In this document: in pieces, positions 39,501 to 54,500 of the stretch
Position numbering within the stretch: the stretch's first letter is position 1
Layout of the letters: each line of letters begins with the position of its first letter
DNA from: Leptogorgia sarmentosa
Taxonomy: Eukaryota
DNA length: 64,000 nucleotides
Direction: 5' to 3'
Assembly: GCA_964658305.1 (NCBI GenBank)
Contig: OZ210885.1
Span: 11,098,001 to 11,162,000, forward strand
Notes under the pieces: generated by a model
Database searches by the model: none
What the model saw: only the letters and a program-made list of their open reading frames with translations
Told to the model about the DNA's origin: nothing
Translations under genes and position numbers: made by a program

Positions 39501-42500
39501 ATCACAATTTATAATTAAGGTCTATGACTCCTGTGAAATATACACACACAAGCAAATTGTCTCAAAGTATTTTTAGAAAGCTGGCATAGATAAATCTAAT
39601 AGCCATTTAAAATACTCTTAGCATACACAAATACAACCAGCCTAAAAATTTGAAAGAAATGAGAAAGTCCTAAAATTACCACCATACTAACATTTAAGGA
39701 AAGACTTTGCTTTCTTTCCAGGCATAATTTTTCATTACAATATTAGAATGCTGTTGCAAGCAGGTATTTTTGTGCAATAATTGGGGAAATTTATTCCAAA
39801 ACATGATATTCCCCTCCAATCATTGCTTTATTGAACTATTGTTCAGACACCGAAATATTTCGCCTAGAATGTTTTGTTTTGTTGATACTGATGAGACTTG
39901 TTTTTGTCGTTGTAAATACCCCCAAAAATATCCCTTAACATAATAAATTGAACTTTCGTGTGTTCTTTCTCACTTAAATTCGTTTTGAATGTATTAAAAA
40001 GCGGCCATTCAATTTTAAAAAACAAAAACATTGACTATATTTCTATCTACGAGAATGCGGTAGAATACGGACCTCTCGGCAACCAACCAGAAAGCTCTAT
40101 TTAGGTTACGAACCTGGATTTACGGGCCGGAAAAAAATATGTTTTATCCGAAAGAAATCACAAATATAATTCCGAAGAGACTCTATTGAAGTAAGATCTT
40201 CAAAATGTTATGAAATATTAACTCATACAGTATTGCATACCTGTTGCGACAACACATCTCACCGAATGTGTATGGCCAACCAAACTGGCCTCAAAATTCA
40301 GTGTATCGGCTTTCCACAACTTGATAGTCTTGTCACCATATCCAACAGTAGCAATGAACTGTCCATCTTTGGTCGTACACAGCGACCTGACTCTCTCAGG
40401 AATACTTGTTGAGAGGTTTTCTCCGGTAGATACACAATACACTTTCAGCCCTACAACGCATGATGGATACTCGTCAGACTGATGTTTCAATAATGTCTAA
40501 CCCTAGACGATTTTGTGAAATCTTGTTTTTAATTGTGTCCCTCTCCGGCCCTGAACATGCTCTGGCTGTTGCTGGCTAATGTTTTTACACTGCGTTTCAC
40601 TGCGCTCTACACGACGTTTACAGTTAACCGCTGGTTTGAAGATACGCAGTCGCTGGAATCCTCAAACGAGCTGTTGCAATTATTGTTTAAATATGAACAA
40701 TTTGTACTTTTGGCGAAGGTTGAGAGGTGCTACTCAAACAGACGTATCTGGTTTTCCGAGGAAATCATTTTACTACAGCTACGTTGAAAAAAACTGCTGT
40801 TCCTGGCTGATCAAACCCAAAAAGAATTAGTGAACATGGTCCAATCACACGATACGATGCCGTTTGTAAATTTCATAGCCACATTGTGGTCAAATTGTAT
40901 GCATTGTACAGGGCATCCATACCAGTGGTACTGTTGGTAAAACTTGGTTACAGATCGCGAAAGTTACAACCGTGAAGCAAGGGCCATGTATGGCAGTTGG
41001 GCTTCGCTTCAAAATAATGAAAATATACTTTGTTTTCAAATGTAGTCTATTATGTACAACAGGTTACAGGAACGAATTCAGATAAAATGGTTGAAATGTA
41101 CGAAGAATTAAGAACGAGCTCTCTTTCTCTCCAACCCGTTTCCGAAAGTTGAAAAGCAAATTTTTAATTCTTTTTTTTCAACTGAGTATATACCCCACGA
41201 AATAAAGACAAACACCATTGAAATCCTAATAAAATGATCTTTCGAACGGTGGGTCGCATGTTTGTTAAACACAACACAAAAAAAAATAAAGACTGATCGT
41301 CGGAAACGTAAGGCATTGCCATCTATCTTTGAAAAACAGAGTCCAATATGTTGAAATCCATGTCGTTATTTCTCCCTGAAGCAGCATATTCATGAAACCT
41401 GTTTTATGTTCGTGTTATTTGCACATATAAAAACATTTTTACAAGCTTTTTTGCAATTGTCAAAAATTTCCGCACGCGCACGGCATTTACCAAAACAGGA
41501 TAAATCAGGTTGCACAATAGTCTGAAACATGTGGAAAACATGCCTTTGATTACGTAGGGTGCGTTATTCGTATGTTTTTCAGTCTTGGATAAACTCACTT
41601 CTGGTTCAGTTATTCGCACACGACATAAAAAACACGACAGGTGTCCCAGGAATTTCGCCCCCCCCCCCCCCCCCCCAGCCAATTATAGTCATAGGGAGAA
41701 TTCGACCTAAATTAATATGGTGTTGGAGAGAAAGAGTACTTTTCGTAAGTAATACATTTTTCTAAAATGTATTGACGATTGTGCTGCACGAATCTGACGA
41801 AATGCTTCTGAATGTCACATATTCGCTACGAAGCACAAGTTGAATACATACAGTGAATATTTAACTCACTGTGATGACTGCGTCGCTATTTAGAGTTGAC
41901 TCCCACTCAAATATTGAACGTTACGTGAAACCCAAGAACTGAAACGATATGCATCAATCCGCTTCATAAACGTTCTTGTATTAAAATGTAAAGCCAATTT
42001 TTTTAGTAAATAGCGATGTACACAGTGGGGTAACTCTACTAGGGGCCCAACCTGGCCGGGCGCCCTGGGAAAAGGTTTCTTCAGGGCCGTGGCTAATGTG
42101 AAATTCAAATAATTTTTATTGAAACTGAAGATGCAAAAAAGTTCGAAGTTAACAAAATGTTTGATATCATTCAGTAGCTAGCTGAAACAATTTTGTTGCC
42201 ATTTAAATTGTGCTTGGATGTTGACAGTATGTTAATTTTTGTATATTAGCTACAGTCAAACTTTTACTGTTGTCATTGTTTCTGCTTTATAGGAACTTAT
42301 TTTAGTGTGCTTCTTTTTACGGAACGTTTTTGCCTTTTGGGTATAATTGAAGCAGAAGAGATGTTAAATAGCTATAATATGTTAGACAAGAAATAGCAGA
42401 ATTAAAATGCATATCATATGCAGAATTCAGGAGAATATTTCGTAGAGTTAGCATAGTAAAAATGTGAAGCTAAGAGGTATAATTAAGAGGCTATCCACAA

Positions 42501-45500
42501 CAGTTTAACCGAGGGCCGACACTGGAGATTTACGCCGCTGAATTTGCAACGTAAAACAAACATTTTGTGAACGTACTTTCAAGTATTTTTATTTGAAGAA
42601 AAAATAACTATTTTAATTTAATAAAAGTATTCCAATATTCAATTTGGTACCGGCGGGGTAACATATTTCCGAAAGTATGATCATTTGCGGAGTTATTGGA
42701 CAAACATAATATGAAAAGGATTTAATATTTTCTCCAATGGCATCGTTGCTGGCGTTCCTTCAGAACCGTTAAATCCGTAGACGTCAGCAAAATCTTATTT
42801 CTTATCAGTAGGTTATAGGGTAGACATGGCGCCGGAAGTAATTAGTATGCAAGGAGGGCGAGTGCCTTAGCGCCGGAATTAATTAGTATGCAATGAGTAA
42901 TTAGTAACGTAACCGCGGCATGTGTTCCAGATACGCGTCCGTGTTATAAAAGTAAACTTGTATGCATATAGAAAGGGTAGAATTTTTCGGTAAAAGAGAT
43001 GCAATGTGCGACTAAAAGTTTAAAAGATGGGGGTTAGTTGAATAAATAATCGCTCACAAGTGCTCAAAACTGCTCATGAGCGATGCTCATAAGGCCCGAT
43101 GGCCCGATTCTTGGTGGCATGCACTATCCATTGGCAGGACGCAAACCCCCCAATGAAAGCCTTCTGAGCATCGCTCATGAGCAGTTTTGAGCACTTGTGA
43201 GCGATGCTCATAAGGCCCGATTCATGGTGGGCCTTATAGGGCTTTATAGGGCCAGAGCGGGCCAAATAAAATATCTGTCACATGTAAACGATGAACCAAT
43301 ACTTTTAGGAACTCGCATAGTTAACATGAGTCGTACACGTAGAAACTGTCCTGTTTTTGGCTGTGGTAGTACGAATCTTGCAAGGCTAGCTATCATCTCG
43401 CTCAAGTACATGATATGGATTCGGAAGAACGCAGAGAATGGTTAAAGTGGAGCAAAATCGGGATTTGTGTACCTCGACAGAATGAAGAACCAATGGAACT
43501 TTATATGGAGAAAAGTGTCGAAAAACTAATAAAACGGCAGGAAGAAATGGAAAGAAATTTGAATATTTACTTACAAGCCGCCAAATTAAAAAAAGGCCAG
43601 AGCAGCAAACAAGAACATTCTAGCTCAGGGATTAACTAGTGTACTTGGAGTATGAGACAGCGCCTTTATTACTTGCAGAGAAGAAACGATGTGTAGTCAA
43701 AGTTTTACCACGATGAATCGGGACATCGGGCCTTATGAGCCTATGAGCATGTGCTCATTAGCAGTTTTGAGCATTTGTGAGCGATAACTGCTCCTAAGCA
43801 CATGCTCATATGCTCATATAAAAGTGCGGTAGTGCTCAATAACAAGGCATTTTTACACAGTCCTTGCTAGCGGAATGAGCTGCAAATTCTGCGGGAAAGT
43901 ATTTAATCGAGGTTTGAATCTACGTCAACACAAAAACCTGTACTGTCCATTAAAGGATCAAGAGAGTGAAATGTCAGAAACAGACAGTCAGACAACGGAA
44001 TCGGAAGATGATTTGTCGACTGCTTCAACTCATGGTTCTGAAAGTCCGGTGACAACAGACGACGAAACTGAGGAGGAAGAAAATGATCCTTGGATGCCAA
44101 TGGTAGAAGAAACAATGCAAAAGTATAAAACGGCTTTTAAGGAAATGAAGACGAATTTGATACATAGTGGCTTGGATGAACAATCCTCTGGACAAAAAGC
44201 TTACTCCGAATTCCTGCCTAAGCTCCAAAATGAGTTGGAAAGTATCTATATGAATCGTCTTTCGTGGATGAAACAACTAAAGAATGACCCAGTGAATAAG
44301 AAAATAATGCAAACAAAAGATGCCTTTGTGAACGATGATCATTTTGATCCCGAAGAAGCTATTCAAGCAGCTGTTGATAAGAGAAAATTTCTGATCAAAA
44401 AACTATTAAAAGATTACACCTTTACAGAGGACAGCGATGATGAAGACCATTAAATATTAGGTTTCGTAGCATGTGAACTAGAATTCTCTATAAATGACTT
44501 GTAAAAGTACATGAGCAATATTTTTACGATTAATAAACTTGTTACCAAAGCATAAAGTCTCATTCATTATTCCCCAGGTTGTTGCGGCCATAATAGACTA
44601 ATACTAATTACTCTCTATTCTTCTACAAGCTAATTACCTCCCGGCGCAATACATATTTACTTTACTATTTGACATTTATTCAACTAACCCCCATCTTTTA
44701 AACTTTTAGTCGCACATTACATCTCTTTTACCGAAAAATTCTACCCTTTCTATATGCATACAAGTTTACTTTTATAACACGGACGCGTATCTGGAACACA
44801 TGCCGCGGTTACGTTACTAATTACTCATTGCATACTAATTACTTCCGGCGCTGAGGCACTCGCCCTCCTTGCATACTAATTACTTCCGGCGCCATATGTA
44901 CTCTATAACCTACTCTTATCGAAACTCGCGCACTTTAATACTAACTTTTAAGCAGAGCGGAAGTCGAGAAAACGTTTACGCAAATTTTCGTTTACCTATT
45001 CTGAACAACATTTTGATATCCTTGTTAGATTTGTGTTTAAGATGCTTACCATCGTCTGTTCCAATAAACACTCGCTGATCATCTGCACTGAAATCCTGGG
45101 CATTAACTGCACTCTCCCCTTGGAACACAAAAAGCTGTTCATAATTATCCATTCTCCAAAGGATTGTACTTCCGTCCCGCGACCCTGACGCTAGTATTGT
45201 TCCACTTTGTGACACAGCCAAACACGTAACTTCCTCAGAATGTCCCAGTAGTTGTTGAACTTCTCCACCTGTTTATAAAATACGATAGCACGTACATAAA
45301 AGGGTGTAATAGGTAATTTTCGCTCACATCGTTACTACATTGGGAGTATTTTTCAAAACATTGCGGCGATAAAATAAATGATTGAGACAAGTAACTACAT
45401 TAACTAACCCATCAGCTACACTCTGTTTACACCGCTAACTTCCATTTATACTATTACGTCCCTATAGCAACTTAAACAGCAATGTAAGCGATAGACAAAC

Positions 45501-48500
45501 ACCGAAACGATCTTCAATACTAAAAACAAAATAACTGTAATTTTGCGCAATTTACTGTGGCGTGTTTTACACGCGTGTGTTTTCATTCGTTACTTCTTGG
45601 GATTTCATAAAAGTATGCCCTCATCTTTGTTGTGCAAGTCCATAGGTATAGGTATCGAGCCAACTTGAACGCTTGGGTAAGACTCGCTACCGGTCCCTGT
45701 TGCCTCGATAACTAAAGTGGTAGAGTAACGGTCAATGCCGAACAGTTTACTGAAACTTATAATATATTTACTAGTGTTTAAAATTTAGTGGCTGATGTTG
45801 GTGGTAGAACAGCATAATTGGAAAGCATGCATGAAGCTATAAACTGGAAATATTCTATACAGTGAATACCAATGATTGCACAGAAATGTTGTCCTACTTG
45901 TATTTGTAATTACTGAAATTTCACATTTTAAAATTGGTAGGCATCATCTATGCACACGATTTCTTAATAATTGTTTGTTTTATTGTTTAAAAGAAATAAT
46001 ATCAATGTCACTCTGTCCGAATTGATTTTTATAGTTTTATTAATATGTTGGAGACAAAAGCATTCCCTACAGCCATTTGTGAGATTTTTTTATTTTTTAC
46101 CCAGTAAACATTGATCCTGTTCAAGAAACGACTGAATTAATTTTTATCCCAGCGTAAATCTGGATGAACATGTCTCTTCAAGTATCTAATCCAAATTTCA
46201 AACATCATCATATGGCGACGACTACCGTACATGATTGGCTAATTTTCTAATGAATTATCAATTACTTTGAGTGTAAACCTTTGTTCCCTCACCCATATCA
46301 ACTGCATTTCAACTATGTTCTCATTTCAATGAATAATCAAGATTAAAACTCTTGTTTAGCTAAAAAGGCATGTACGAATATGTTTAAAATATAGTCATAA
46401 TATATTTGCTAAAATTCAATTTCCAAAACTGAAACTTTTCTCAAAAACCGGGTAATTATCCGTGTAACGAAATGAGATTTGGATGGCGTAATATTATTAA
46501 TACTTACTTATTTGCGCGAAATATGACGTGTATACAGTGGTTTATTTTACACTGCACCAATATAGATTTTTTTAATTTTATCAAACTGTAACTATCACCA
46601 GACTTTTCTGTCATTCCTAATAGAAAGACAACTGCATTGTGGATAAGTTCAAAAATGGTGTCATAGCAATTTTGTAGCAGAGGATTAGGGACCTTAAGAT
46701 CAACAACGTGACCAACTCGACGACGAGCTTTCCGAACAAACAAATTTTTATGCTGAACAAAAACCAAGCATAAATTGTGGTATCAACGGCTTTGTTGTTA
46801 TCAACGCAACGTTAAGCATTATAACGTCTTCAAAGCAACGTGAAGGCTGATTACAACGTGGGAGCAGTAACTTCAAGTTGACTACACAGCAACGATCGCA
46901 CTGCTTTAGCTGAACCTATGTCACTGTTTCCTGAAAAAATTTCAACATCTATTTAAAGCATAAAAATGTCAGTACTCATTTCATTTCAACCTGAAATTTA
47001 TACCCCGTCGTCGAGTTTGTTGCGTTTTAGATTTTAAGGTCCCTACTATCAATTATTGGACGAAGTCCCACGAAATACCGCGAGTTATCGTTGGCGAGCG
47101 GATCAATTATTTGCCGATTCCGAAAAGAGAAGCGCATAAGTAATCTGATAACAACCGATATATAACTGAAGCAAAGCATATAGCCACATTACCTAGAGTG
47201 ATGCGAAGCATAATGGGACGAGGCCATTGGCCAGTGAGCTCCATGAGATTATAGCGCCGTGAATTTCCGATGTAATCAACTACTGTATACATGTGACAGC
47301 ACGAAAGTTAAACATGTACTTATTAAACTTTTCATCTATATTTAGTTCATTATCAGCGCTAACAAAAAGAATTGAAGCTGAAGGCTAGTACAACGTTTCT
47401 TGACAAGGGGTGATTTTGCACTGCGAAGTTTTGTTAATTAATAACGTCACCCGAGTGGCTTTGCGAAATTGAGAGCGATTTCAAATTTGCTCAGTTTTTT
47501 TATACACGTATATCGCGCAGCCGCTCAACTTGCATAATTCAGAACTGATGATTCTTACAAATGTGAGTGAAGATATGGTTGTACATATAATTACAATTAC
47601 AGCAGAGGCGCATTGAATCTTTGTTTTATCCCTTTTCCGGACTGACGATCGGTCAAAAGAAAAAAAAAGCTATTGAAAATCCCAAACCTTGCCATTAGTT
47701 TTATCCATAGTACGTTACCACACGGTTACCTACCTGTATCAAGGTCAAAGATTGTGATTGAACCATTCCAGAAACCACAAATTACAAGAGTAGCGGATGA
47801 AGTATTGCACGTCGCTAATGAGCATACGCTGGAATCAAACGTTTTTCGAAAGAACTCAGGGCCTCCAAGATCTAAACATGAGAATTCCGGTACAAGACGG
47901 CAAGTCTCCGTGCATGTTGCACGGAGTTGCTCTAATAGCGTCTTTATCCCCGGATACTCTTCATAAGATAGCAGTCTGCCTGGAAAACAAAAATACACAA
48001 CAGTATTAGCGCACGTAACAAATTCGGAAAATTTAAAATAGCATTTAAAGATGAAGACAATTTTTGACCGGGGAAAATTTTAAACTGAACAACTAACGGG
48101 CCTATCTGATTATACTATATGCCGAGTGGCGCAATAAAAAGTACAACTGTTTGATTACTCATAACTCAAAAACCATAGGCACTGGAACCCTAAATGAAGT
48201 TTCATTGCATCCAGCGATGTCTGTTCTTCGAAAATGCCTGTCGAATATACCAAAATTTAAGTTAGACATCGCTGGATGTAAGGTTCTACTGCTTATGGTT
48301 TCTGAGTTATAAGTAATCAAACACATGTACTTTTTTGCGCCACACGGTATATCTGTTTCTTGATTATTAACATAATAGGTTCTTACAATTCATCATATGA
48401 GTTCTTTTCTAATTTCTAAAGGAGGTTTTTGATTGTTTAACAAAATGTTTGTTCCCCTCCAGTGACATTAATATAAAAAGGACATAAAGTAATATCAAAG

Positions 48501-51500
48501 TTTGAAACTGAGACACTGAAAAAAACGTTTTTGAAAGCTTTGCAATTGTTGAAATGATGTTAAAGAAGTAATTATTTTTGAAATGATGTTTAATGAAGTA
48601 ATTATTTTTGATAACGGAACGAGTATTTGTGAAATGATTTATTTCTGCATATGTTACACTCACAAGGCTTAATTCTGCTATATACCAGCAGTTGTCATGC
48701 TTAGTTGCTAGTTACAATTATTAACATCAGAACCAACGATTAACAGAGTATAGTATGCATGTGTTCTTCATTAAGTTAGCAATTTTCTTTACGACGGGAA
48801 AGATAAGCAGCATGTGCGGTTATGCATAAAGTCCATAAATATCGACTTCAGCTCTGCGAAGAATAATCCTTCTTTGGTCGTGTCTTCAAAAACTCTTGGT
48901 TCCAAGTCTTCAATTGTATATAGTCATTTTCGGGAAGTTGAGATCACAGACATATTTACGATCGTGCTATAGTTCTCTTATCTGATCATTGGTGGCTGAC
49001 AATTGATAGTTGAAGTACAGATGAAATACTGCATAACAGGTATACTTATAGCTTTTATATACTGCTGTTCTGATTGACTTAGCGTTTGAGAAAAAGCAAC
49101 AAAATTAATGTCATGGTTTCATCTGCCTTGATGGAGTCTATATAACTCAGACATTCATTCTAAAGCTTTCTTTAATATAGCTGCGACATTTTCGTCAGGA
49201 TCAGTCTCAGATGAATGCTCAAAAATCATGGTTTTTGGCATTGGTGGTAATGGAAAATTAAATCTGCAAACAGCCTGACCACTCTTCTTACACGTTTTAG
49301 AGTGTTTATGCCTTTGTAAATTTACGAGATCAGTTAAATCATCTGAGTCAGCATCAACATGAAACATAACTATCGATAAACTCAGCAATATCAGGAGCAT
49401 TTTTTATCCAGAATAAGCCGTGGATATGTGGAGAACCTCTTTGCGGAATTTCAACGCGATAAAATAGAAGAAGTCAACAACTTCTCCAACTGGATGACTT
49501 GAGCTTTTAATAAAGCTGTGAATGATTAATTGTACCATATGTAAAAAATTTCTTGCATATGTGACTGGATCTTTCTGTATCAGTTCAGATTTCTTCTGCC
49601 ATGTCAGTGGTTTAATTTCGTCGTTAGTAGAATCTTTATTGTCTATAAGACGACCAAGAATTTTAGTCAAATGAATCCACTGCATGTAAACGAACAGCTA
49701 AAAATGAACAGAACCACATTACGCAATGATAAACTTGCACTTCCTTGAATTTGCCTGATCTGTACTTTTTTAGTTTGTAAAAAATGTTTGGCACAGACTG
49801 CGCGATTCTTCTATCTTTGCTTCGCAGTTCCCATTTACACACTGCGCTATACAGTTTTCAGCTTGACGTTTTCCACAATTAATGGTGGAAAAAAAGAAAT
49901 TCAGAATCTTTGCCTGCAAATTTACCACGTGGTCTAATTCCTCCTCCTGGTGCAAAACGTATTATTCTGTTACCATCTTGGGTAATATCGGTTTCTTGTA
50001 ATAATGTATCCATAAGACCTGATGACCGTTGAGTCACTGCACATCACTAATCATCTGTATCATTATCAATCAAGCCTTTATTTGCATTTGTCTCAACTAC
50101 TTCTTGACTGTGAGCGTTCAGATTTTCTGAAGTTTCCATTCCATCCATGGAAATAAATTCTGACCACTTCTCTTCATTATTATCCACTTGATTTGATACA
50201 TAATTGCCCATTACTTGTATTCCTTCGTTTGTAAAGATTTCACTGGTACGAACTAAGTATTGAGCTGCTTCTGCAGCTATACAAATAGCATTCTGAAATT
50301 GATAATGGTGTTTGTACCAAGGGATCGTTTTAAAAAACGCTTATAGTATTATTCACATCATCAGGTACATTACCTACATTCCCATGAATACTTAATTGGC
50401 CTCCTCGAACTTAATTGGGAAGTTCTCGTACTTGCATAAAAGGTATTCTTGGCGAGATTAGTCTTTCTTCGAGAGGTGTCAAATCCATTAAGACAGCAGG
50501 GTTTTCTTGGTAACTTATTTTATTCGCCTTATCACAAGTAGGACGTTAGATAGCTTTTAGGTTCGGGAGGTATTACATATCACTTCAGTATTGTCAATGC
50601 TTTTGAGAAAAGTAATACATAAATTGAGAAATTCGTTTAAACACGACTTACACAAAGAAACATTATATTGGTCTGATACTGGTATTATACTGCTCACAAC
50701 ATGTACAAATGTATTCTGGTCCAACAATATATTGGTCCAATAATATATAACTATTCTGATGAAATAATTCAATGGCTGTTGATATGTTTGTTGACAAACA
50801 TAAACTTGTGTTTTCTTGTTTTGGTAGTATGCGTGTTGGTAATTGTCAAACTCCTTTTAAGACAATCATATTTTGTATGAAACTTTGTATAGGCTTCAGA
50901 AATTGCCACATGTTTGTATTTGCAGGTTTTTGAATCACATGCATATTTACAGTATCTTGTACACAGCGAATTGTGCCAACATGATGATTTTGGAATGAAA
51001 TGCTTTATTAAGCTTTTTATTCAACGCCTTTTCTCTTGTTTGTGCTCATTAAACAAACCAACTTTTCATGGGAATGTCTAGACGGTTTCACGATCACGTT
51101 TCCTAGCATGTCTCAAATGTTTTATACATCATGATCTATTTTTGTAGATAAAAGTTCACCTGTTATATTCGTATTATAATCATTGTTACTTAGCTGTAAA
51201 CTATCATCGGATGTTGCTTTTGAATACTTGTGATTTGACCTTTGATACATTCCCAAGGTCATCTGAACTTTGATTCATGCAAATAAGCGTATCATAAGCG
51301 TAATTGTTTCATATATAATTTTTTCATAATTTCAGATAAGTTAGCATAGTTTCTCCATTACATAAGGCTCGCTGGCAAGGGAAGGGAGTGGCAGTAACAC
51401 GTTGGCTATCTCCTTGCCGTTTTCCTCGATTACAGAAGGCTCGCTGCCAAGTGAAGAGAGTGGTGATAACACATTGGCTATCTCCTCGACGTTTTCCTCG

Positions 51501-54500
51501 ATTACATGAGGCTCGCTGGCAAGGGAAGGGAGTGGCGATAACACGTTGGCTATCTCCTCGCCTTTTACTTTTAAAATCAGCTCACTGACGAGTCAAGAGG
51601 TTTTCAGAAATGTCGTAAGGTTTGCACTTCATTTTCTTCGATCGTATACGAACAACTCCTTGTGTGTTGGCACGGACTAATATGACGTTGTGCGACAGCC
51701 ACATTGATTCGTATCGATCAGCCAGCTAATTATTTTCAATACACGCAGCGTGTTGTGCACATGTTCTGGTTTTATTATGATCTTTGGCAACTTACTCAAC
51801 TGAGTGTATTTCCATATTTATTGAGCCAATCACCTTGAATTACCCAAAGCATGCTTTACACGTGCGATACAAGGTACTGCGTCATGCGTAGACGCACGTA
51901 ATGCGACGATTACATTTGCTGTAATAACAGCGTTTACATTTTGTGGCCTTGTGGTAGTCAAACATTGTTAACCACTTCACTGATTGACGGCCCCACTCTA
52001 AGCGTTCGCCATGTTGTGTAGAAATTTTAATGCCCCGAATGAATGCTGCGTTTGCATTTTTTGCAAAAATTGAAATTCCGGAGGGGCTTTCCGGCATTGT
52101 GTACTCTAACTTGTGGGCTTCTTAGGTCACATTAGTGACATTACTCACCTAACTTACTTTCCTATTCATTAGAGTATCTGCAAACCATGATGATCAACGA
52201 TTTATAGCTACAATTGCATAATATTTGTAAGGATATCAGTCAATTATGAGTTTGTACATGGGAAGATATTGGGAAGCACCCCCCCCCCCCCCCCCGGGTT
52301 TACACTATGAATAAATGACTAATGTGAATTTTCGCCACTCATCAAAATATTGCAAAATTTCTTCGAAACTTTGTACTAAATAGTGAGGCAACTTAAACAA
52401 ATCATAGAAGAATGAGATAAATTTAAGTTCATTATTTGAATTACCTAGGAGTTGAGGACAGATAGAATCTGGGTTTTCGTTGATGACATCGGCAGAGAAC
52501 ATTAACGAGGATTTGAGAAGTTGGATTTCCTCCGATTCTGTGTCCACAAAACGAAAATCTGATATTAAAGAGAATACGTTGACGTGTTTCACTTTTTGTT
52601 TGAGCCAGTGTAGATCAAACAGCAACTGAAGTAGTTCACCATGTCGTCCCGAAGAATAAATGTGATAGGGTAGGTACTTGAAATAATAGTCTTTTTGGCA
52701 GGTAGTTGAGTTATCATTCCAGTCACCATCCACGCACAGGCCACGAAGTGTCTTTACGAACTTATCCTGAACATCATTTAGTGTACCCATGTCTTGAAGT
52801 TTTGTCTGGGCAAAATCCAAAAGCAAGTCATGGACACGATAGCTTTTCTTTCCGTGGAGTTCAGGCCCTGAAATTGGTCGAAATGTTAGGAAATTTGTAC
52901 TAGAGGCGGACAATTTTTCAAATCTCAAAATCGCCGTTGAGTATAGAAGAGATTGTGCTATCAAGTTTTCGTAAATCCGCAATGGCCTAGTCACAATAAG
53001 AATAACTACTGGCTATAGTGAGCCAAGAATAATGCAAGATCTGTAAAAAGACACGTAGACTTGGTAGTCTTGGAAAAACTCCTAATTCCTAAAAAGCAAA
53101 CAATATTTTTTTAGTTACATGATTCGCCTTATTATTACAAAACATCAATAATTAAAGACTGAAATTACAAGAACATAATACATGAGCATGGAAGGAAGGG
53201 CTAACCCACAGAGAAGAAACCCCAATAATGGGATCCTCCAAAAAGTTATATTCAGAACTAGTTAATACATTTACTAATAACATGAACTGGCTTTTATTAA
53301 TATTGCTCTTCAAGGACGACATTGATGGCATATTACACAAGTTGATTTAAAGGATCTAGGGTCGTCATGATTGAAAATGTCTTTTGTTCAATTCAAAGGT
53401 AAGTGGCAACGGAAAATATTCTTCGCTCATTTGAAAGGACGTTTAAAATCGTTTAGTAAGTTATTTGCATTTTAAACATATATTGTTTTCTTTTCGAAAT
53501 TTTTCCACCGGAAACAGTCAGGCTGTGCGCCATCTTGGATTTAATTTTACCGCATTGACATGACGTTACAGGAGGGATAAACACCATAAAAATAAACCTA
53601 GATCAGCCAGGCTGCAACCAAACTTTTAGAACCTGTTCTCTATAGAAACTATTCTGTTACTATATATAGTTTTCCTATAATAACATATGTCTGCATGTGT
53701 TTACAAACACTAAAATGTATAGTACAACAAAGAAATTGTGTTATGTTTGTGATTTCTCTGATAAAGCAACGAATTATCCGGATGGATGCGATTGACTGGC
53801 TTTATTGTCCCCTATTTTCAATAGGATTATCTCTTTTCCCCACACACAGAGGTTGTCTGTGAGAGGGTTAGGGCCATACGTCGAGTTTTGGTCGCATCGA
53901 ATTCAATTCAAACAATAGATAATGACGTAAGTCATCTCATTATCCATTGTTTGAATTGCATTCGATGCCACCAAAATTCGACGGATGAAACGGTCTAAGT
54001 TTCCTGGACCGAAAATCTCTTGGTACAAAAAAAGTCCTTGTTTCGGAATGACAATACATTTATATACTACTTTTTAGTGTGCCTATAAACCAGGTTATCA
54101 TTTAAGAACGACCAGCTTACGTAATTGGTTTCTGACTCATGAATATACGTTATCTTGTCCGGACCAAATTGTACGTATATATGCAGGGCCAAGCTAGTTA
54201 TTTACGAATTTTTTGCCTTAGATAACATTCTATCTTACGCCTTCTCCTTATATTTCTGTTAATGAAGTCTTAATGAGAGCATTCATGTCATTCAAAAGAA
54301 TTCTTGACGGTTGTACTAGATGTCTATAGTTGGATGCAAGTATACTCACATTCACTTCGTGTTTACATGCAAAATCGACTTGAAGCAATGAAAATACGCG
54401 GTCAAGACACGCACACGTTGTTCGGTTTAGTTTTCCCGTCAATCCAGGATGAAATCTCGATCCACTTTGCAACCTGTATTACTGGTTCACTGAATGTTGT

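Larger units (their letters stand above)
42807..44914. mobile_element. Non-autonomous Maverick/Polinton derivative (2.1 kb)
   Basis: ~240-bp TIRs, 5'-AGTAG...CTACT-3' termini, perfect 6-bp TSD CTTATC. Confidence 0.8.

Noticed and set aside
45697..45735. tRNA-like 5' fragment GCCTCGATAACTAAAGTGGTAGAG
   Set aside because: No anticodon or T arm; at most a SINE scrap.
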